Source of the DNA: Dehalococcoidia bacterium
GTDB lineage: Bacteria; Chloroflexota; Dehalococcoidia; Lucifugimonadales; UBA3495
Length of the DNA stretch: 64,000 bases
Direction of reading: 5' to 3'
Assembly (NCBI GenBank): GCA_965237775.1
Contig: OZ250155.1
Span: 2,718,682-2,782,681, forward strand
Shown: positions 59,181-64,000 of the stretch, piece after piece
Layout of the letters: the number at the start of each line of letters is the position of its first letter
How positions within the stretch are numbered: the first letter of the stretch is position 1
Notes under the pieces: model-generated
What the model was told of the DNA's origin: nothing
The model's input: the letters and a program-made list of their open reading frames with translations, nothing else
The model's database searches: none
Translations under genes and position numbers: made by a program

Positions 59181-61033
59181 GTCAGCAGTTGGAACTCTTC
59201 GAACCTTTGGCAGCCGCATTGGCTCTTCGAGATACTCCGTACAATAGCACGGCTCACGCTCTTGCCGAGATCGTCGACAACTCGATAGATGCGGGCGCCC
59301 GGAACGTCGATGTTCTCATCATGAACCAACGTGATACAACGCCATCAGGACAGTCTGTTCGAGTAGTTCGGGGACTTGCAGTCATAGACAACGGCCATGG
59401 GATGCCGCCAGAGATTCTCGCCCAAGCGCTTGTTGTGGGCGGTCGCCCACCGGAAGGAAACGGGATTCGGAGGCGTATGGGCAAGTACGGCGTCGGCCTC
59501 CCCACTTCCTCCCTTTCTCAATGCACGCGTGTAGATGTCTGGTCTTGGCAGAATGGATTGGATTCAGCTTGGCGTTGTCACCTCGACGTGTCCGAAGTGA
59601 GAGCCGGCAATGTACGGGTTCCCGTTCCAGTTCAGGAACCTCCTCCGGAACTCTGGCTGCGGCAAAGCCGTCCTGAGATAGTAAGGGATTCAGAAAGTGG
59701 GACCCTCGTGGTTTGGTCCAACCTAGACCGCGTGGACTGGCGAACGTCTCGGACAACCATGGAGCGTGTAGAAGAAGAGGTGGGGCGCATATACCGGGAC
59801 TTCATCAGGGATCGTCATGTGTCCTTGGTCATGCAGTCCTTCGATACGGATGGCAGTAGAGATCCAAGTCAAACAATACGACCCAACGATCCGCTGTACT
59901 TGATAACAGGTACCGTTCATCCTCATTGGAAGTCCAGTGAACCGATGTTCGAGAAGTGGGCAGAAAAGCGTATTCCAGTTACGGTCAATGGTGCCCAGTA
60001 CGATGTTGACATCATTTATTCACGGGTAAAGGGCGAAGTTCTTCTTGGGCAAGGGAGTCGCGCCGCCGGAGCTACCGAGCATGGGATGAAAGCTGCCCGC
60101 AATGTGGGTATATCGGTGGTGCGCGAAGGCCGCGAGCTAATGACTTTGCCTCCGCTGAATAATCTTGGCGACCCAAGACATCGCTGGTGGGGCTGTGAAG
60201 TGCGGTTTAATCGCAATTGCGATGACCTCTTTGGAGTAGATCATAGCAAGCAACTAGCTGCCCGATTGCAAGCCGTGCACCGGTCAGTCCAACGAGCAGA
60301 TCGTAGTACCGCCAAAATAGACGAGGAGGAAGAACGAGCTAGGACCGAAGGCGATCAAAGCCTCATCGCGCTCTACGAAATAGTGAAGACTATCGATAAC
60401 GCCACTGGGGAGATGTTCCGGGAGATCAGGCGTATCCGTAGCAAACCACCAACTCCTGGGCCAGATGATGATGAAGGGCCGGACTTTTCTGGGGGTGCCG
60501 GAGAGGATGCTACGCGAGACATCGAAGAGGCCATCCGAGAGGGTGCTACCGAGCCCACTGAGACAGAGGAAGAAAGAGGGCAGTTAAGTGATGACCTTAT
60601 AGAGTCCGGATTGGAGGAAGACCTTATTGCCGACGGGCTAGAACCAGACCTCGCAAAATCAATAGCCGCTTGGGTCGCATCGCGCAAAGTCGGCTATGTC
60701 ATAAACCCTGGCCGCGTATCTGGTTCTGCGCTTTTTGATGTTCGAAATGACCATGGAACCATCAGGATTGTCTTGAATCAAGAACATCGGCTGTACCAAT
60801 TGCTCCGGGTTTTGTCTGACCGCTATGACCAGGAAGAGGACAGCGACGGAGAAGAACCAGGAGATGCTTCCCTAGCACTCTATTTGTTGCTGTGTGCATG
60901 GGCCCGTATGGTGGAGCAGACTCCAGGGACTCAGGCACGTCAGAGGCTGGAGGATACCGTGATACGATGGGGCAGCGAGGCGAGTCTTATGCTTGCCACG
61001 ATGGCCCGTCGGTTGGTAGGCGAGGAAGAATGA
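59171..61033 (+). CDS. GHKL-type ATPase (HATPase_c_3 / MORC-like) with acidic C-terminal region
   Basis: The N box is LAEIVDNSIDAGA, G1 is IDNGHGM and G2 is GKYGVGL. A GGAGG RBS precedes the ATG at 59171, which overlaps the helicase stop by 10 nt; the track start is 59159. Confidence 0.8.
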   Translation: MVVGQQLELFEPLAAALALRDTPYNSTAHALAEIVDNSIDAGARNVDVLIMNQRDTTPSGQSVRVVRGLAVIDNGHGMPPEILAQALVVGGRPPEGNGIRRRMGKYGVGLPTSSLSQCTRVDVWSWQNGLDSAWRCHLDVSEVRAGNVRVPVPVQEPPPELWLRQSRPEIVRDSESGTLVVWSNLDRVDWRTSRTTMERVEEEVGRIYRDFIRDRHVSLVMQSFDTDGSRDPSQTIRPNDPLYLITGTVHPHWKSSEPMFEKWAEKRIPVTVNGAQYDVDIIYSRVKGEVLLGQGSRAAGATEHGMKAARNVGISVVREGRELMTLPPLNNLGDPRHRWWGCEVRFNRNCDDLFGVDHSKQLAARLQAVHRSVQRADRSTAKIDEEEERARTEGDQSLIALYEIVKTIDNATGEMFREIRRIRSKPPTPGPDDDEGPDFSGGAGEDATRDIEEAIREGATEPTETEEERGQLSDDLIESGLEEDLIADGLEPDLAKSIAAWVASRKVGYVINPGRVSGSALFDVRNDHGTIRIVLNQEHRLYQLLRVLSDRYDQEEDSDGEEPGDASLALYLLLCAWARMVEQTPGTQARQRLEDTVIRWGSEASLMLATMARRLVGEEE

Positions 61034-61857
61034 GTTCTCCTTGGGACTTGGTCCGGTATGGCGCGACAGACGCCGCCACAGCGGTGCTCGCCGCGCCATA
61101 CATCAAGGAAAACACCTTGCTCAGACTGCTCAACAATGCCTCTCGTTTAATTTCTCTGACGTGCGTTACTCGTTGGAGTCCTGCGGACATCAGCGCGGGC
61201 GTATCAGATGCTCCGGTACGTGAACTCGTGGTTGGGAGGGGTGGCACCTTTCTGTTACACCCCACGCTTCACGCGAAGTACTACCGCTTTGACGATGTGG
61301 TGCTCATTGGTTCTGCCAATCTCACAGACTCAGGGCTTGGCCTAGCATCGCATTCCAACTTGGAAATACTATCTCCACCTTCGGATGACTTGGATTCAGT
61401 GGCCTTTGAGCGCTTACTGCTCTCCCAGTCTCGGCCTGTGTCCGACGCCGAATATGCGGTGTGGCAGTCCATTCCCCTCAAGATCCAAGCGCCTGTGGTC
61501 AACCCCGAGTCATTCATCCTGTCTTGGCGCCCTTTGACGAGAGACCCCGGAGACTTGTGGCTGGCTTATTCTGATGAAGCTGGGAGTACCTTACCTGAGA
61601 GTGTCGTTCAGCAAGCTGCTCAAGACTTGTCCACTATATTGGCTCCAGCGGGTTTAGACCCTGGTGCTTTTTCGATGTGGGTTTCGTCTGCCCTGTTGGC
61701 TTCACCTTTTGTTTCAGACGTTCGCTCAATTGCTGTAAACGCCGAACCCACAGCTTTCATAGAGTTGGGGCAATCTTGGGATATGACGCCAGGCGACGCC
61801 CGATATGCTGCGGAAACTGTCCATAACTGGCTGTCGTATTATTCATTGGGATTCTAA
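61030..61857 (+). CDS. Single-HKD phospholipase-D-family (Nuc-like) nuclease
   Basis: The HKD motif is LHAKYYRFDDVVLIGSANLT (HxK-x4-D-x6-GSxN). The ATG overlaps the GHKL gene stop (ATGA); the track ORF starts earlier, at 60892. Confidence 0.8.
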   Translation: MSSPWDLVRYGATDAATAVLAAPYIKENTLLRLLNNASRLISLTCVTRWSPADISAGVSDAPVRELVVGRGGTFLLHPTLHAKYYRFDDVVLIGSANLTDSGLGLASHSNLEILSPPSDDLDSVAFERLLLSQSRPVSDAEYAVWQSIPLKIQAPVVNPESFILSWRPLTRDPGDLWLAYSDEAGSTLPESVVQQAAQDLSTILAPAGLDPGAFSMWVSSALLASPFVSDVRSIAVNAEPTAFIELGQSWDMTPGDARYAAETVHNWLSYYSLGF

Positions 61858-62100
61858 TTCCTGTAATCCGCTTTCAGTGGTGTTGTAGAGGTCGCCAGCC
61901 CCTTCCATAGCCCGCCGCAGCCCGTCCGGGTCGGAGTAGTCCAGGGGATAGGCCGGAACCTTGCCGCCGAATCGGTTTTCCCTCCCAGGATTCCGGGTCA
62001 AGGTCCTCACACTGACTTTCTGGTCCAGCAGATGCTTGGCAACATACCTGCCGGTGTAGCTGAAAGCGCCGGTTACGATGGCTTGGTCGGGGTGGGGCAA
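61843..62100 (-). pseudogene. 5' remnant of an NAD(P)H-binding SDR/NmrA-like (NDUFA9-like) gene, truncated after ~75 codons
   Basis: From a TTG at 62100 it reads LPHPDQAIVTGAFSYTGRYVAKHLLDQKVSVRTLTRNPGRENRFGGKVPAYPLDYSDPDGLRRAMEGAGDLYNT. The sequence then becomes unrelated (TESGLQELESQ*). Family members normally continue ...LYNTYWVRF... for ~200 more residues. Confidence 0.55.
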
Positions 62101-62292
62101 AGTGTCGGACTCCTCTCTGCTCAGCGCAATATGATGACAGACAAGGCCTTGATGTGGTTGTCGGCGGCCTTCGCCTTCGAGCCATGATGCCGTTTCCCGG
62201 TCATTATATTCCCCGCCGGGTGGCCCATTATCGCTGACGGTATACAAACCTACGTTTTGAAGCGCGTAGTGTACCAAGTGAAGGCTCATCGA

Positions 62293-62316
62293 AACTGGAC
62301 AAAATCAAGAGCCTTC
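62293..62316 (+). repeat. Direct repeat copy 3 (short form)
   Basis: AACTGGACAAAATCAAGAGCCTTC matches copy 2 (46310-46333) at 23 of 24 positions. Confidence 0.8.
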
Positions 62317-62667
62317 TCCACTACCTTCACTCTGGCACAGTAATCAGGCTTCGGTCCGCCCCGGCGGTGAAACCTGCCAAGAGACGGGCGGCCAGTCACT
62401 CCGGTATCGGATGGAGTTCTTTGGCAGCCCCTGCTGACCCGTAGGGGGCTTTTGGTTTGTGGCCTCCGACCGCCGACTCGGAATGCCACAAGACAGCTAA
62501 ACTAAAGCCAAAGTGGAATCTACATTTGTTGGGCGATGAAGACTGGCTTAGGTTGCCACAGTGAAGCTCTTCCACCCGTACCTGGCGTACGGTTCACCAT
62601 AGCCGCTTGACCTCCTCCATCTGCACATTTCACCTTGGTATCAGTTTAGTACTCAGTCAGGGCCTTT

Positions 62668-63876
62668 TCATTCTCCAGTGGTGGCGGAGGTATAGGGAAT
62701 TCCCAGCAGGGCGAAGGGTTCCGGGAGATGGGCGGTGTGGCGGCGCAGGGCAGCGGCTACGTTGGTATGCCCGGCCCGGCGCACCAGGGCGATGACCAGG
62801 TTGCGTAAGCCCGCCATCACCTGGAGTGCGGCCCCGGTCCTTGCCTGAGAGCGGTCTTCGTCAAAGGTGACGTCCCGTACCCAGTGGACCCGGTTTTCTA
62901 TCCCCCAGTGCCCACGAGAGACTTTCAACAACCGCTCAGCTCCGGCGGCGGTGGCGGGCACAGACTGGTGAGCGCATAACTTACCGTCACCTGGCTCCGC
63001 CCCTTCACCGTCCGCCGCCGCTCCAGCCGGCATACCTGCCGGAGATGCGGCCAAGCCTCCCCCACCGCTCCCGAACTCCCCGCATAGCCATTCAACTCCG
63101 GGTCCGACAAGGCCCAGAGTTCCCGCCGCTCCAGCCGTCCATGACGCTTCTTCCCCGGTCCATCCACCCACACCGTCAGCGTTGCCCCTCTCGCCCGCCA
63201 CTCCCGCGCCTGCCACTGGGGAACCCTCGGCCCCTTCTCTCCCTCAGCTTCCAGTGGGGGAAAATGCCTCGGCCAAGTCCCGGTACAACGTGGGCTGGTT
63301 CTCCTTTACCGGCAACAGGTAATCCCCGCCGCCGTCCACAATCTGCTGGCACACTTCCCGCCGGGTCAGCAGGGCGTCTGCCACCACTACCCGGCCCGCC
63401 AACGGCACCTGGTCCCATACTGCTTTGGCCGCGGCCAACTCCTGCCCCTTGCCCGGCGCGGCTACCTGGGTCAGCACCGCCCCGCTGCCGGCAGCATAGG
63501 CCGACACCAGATGCACTCCGGGTATCGCTTCCCCGTGAATCCCCCGCAGGGTCTTGCCGTCCAGGGACAGTGTCTCCCCGGGACCTGGCCCGCTGTTGAT
63601 CAGCCACTCCCCCAGCACCGCCTCAAAGGCGTCCACGTCCAAGTCTTTGAAAACCCGGTGAAAGGTGGCAACACAGGGCGTCTTGCCACGGCTGAACCCT
63701 AAGAGCTCTCCCGCAGGGGCTCCGTGATCCCTGCCCCACTGGGCTATGGCGTACAGGCTGCGGGCGCCGCACAGCATGGCGCAGACGGCCAAGCTCAGAA
63801 TAGCCCCCAGGCTGTGCCGCCTCCCCTGGCTGCTCCGGTGATCCGGCACCAATTCCAACGCTTCTCTTAACCTCAT
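62668..63876 (-). pseudogene. ISAs1-family transposase, split over three reading frames
   Basis: The N-terminal part (63244..63876) reads MRLREALELVPDHRSSQGRRHSLGAILSLAVCAMLCGARSLYAIAQW. The middle part is readable only in a second frame (62925..63173: HGRLERRELWA...WPHLRQVCRLERRRTVKGRSQVTVSYALTSL). The C-terminal part is in a third frame (...RGHWGIENRVHWVRDVTFDEDRSQ...). IS ends were not identified. Confidence 0.75.
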
Positions 63877-64000
63877 CTCCCTCACCTCTACACTTTCCTG
63901 CCTCAATTCTAGTATTACAACGACAGTTGGTGTGATAAAGTGACCAGCTAGGTGAGGGAGGCTTGGTAGGTGGGGCTGGGACATGGATGCGGCGGCTTTT

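Overview
High-GC bacterial chromosomal window; the lineage cannot be assigned from sequence alone. It splits into a housekeeping part and a mobile/defence part. (1) nt 1-7029: a co-directional early-cobalt-insertion cobalamin string, cbiC-cbiX-cbiD-cbiT-cbiL-cbiF-cbiG-cbiH. (2) nt 7114-14177: a YtxH-like protein, a GldA/GldF-GldG/DUF4340-type ABC exporter set, and an amidase preceded by a translationally coupled GatC/AtzG-like mini-subunit. (3) nt 14599-29747: one operon-like block. It holds a ~3260-codon membrane protein with four tandem transglutaminase-like cores, a membrane-protein gene broken by a 146/125-bp tandem duplication, a MoxR AAA+ ATPase, a DUF58 protein and a small membrane protein. 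(4) nt 29875-39718: acs, a PIG-L deacetylase, a SAM methyltransferase, tRNA-Asn(GTT), cbpA-hspR-clpC, an alpha/beta hydrolase and a YqaA/DedA-like protein. (5) nt 39942-64000: a visibly lower-GC accretion zone that opens with a P4-type tyrosine integrase. It contains a tRNA 3'-end-like fragment, three copies of an att-like direct repeat, and three IS elements (decayed IS3, intact IS5 with CTAG duplication, frameshifted ISAs1). It also holds three defence-type modules. The first is an SNF2/RapA-like helicase whose C-terminal tail looks like an antitoxin and overlaps a RelE/ParE toxin gene. The second is a SIR2-like gene with the expected His replaced by Asn, plus two orphan genes. The third is an SspABCD-like phosphorothioation cluster followed by a coupled helicase / GHKL-ATPase / PLD-nuclease trio. 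No CRISPR array or rRNA was seen. All calls rest on motif recognition in the supplied translations and on reading the nucleotides; no database search or numerical computation was run.
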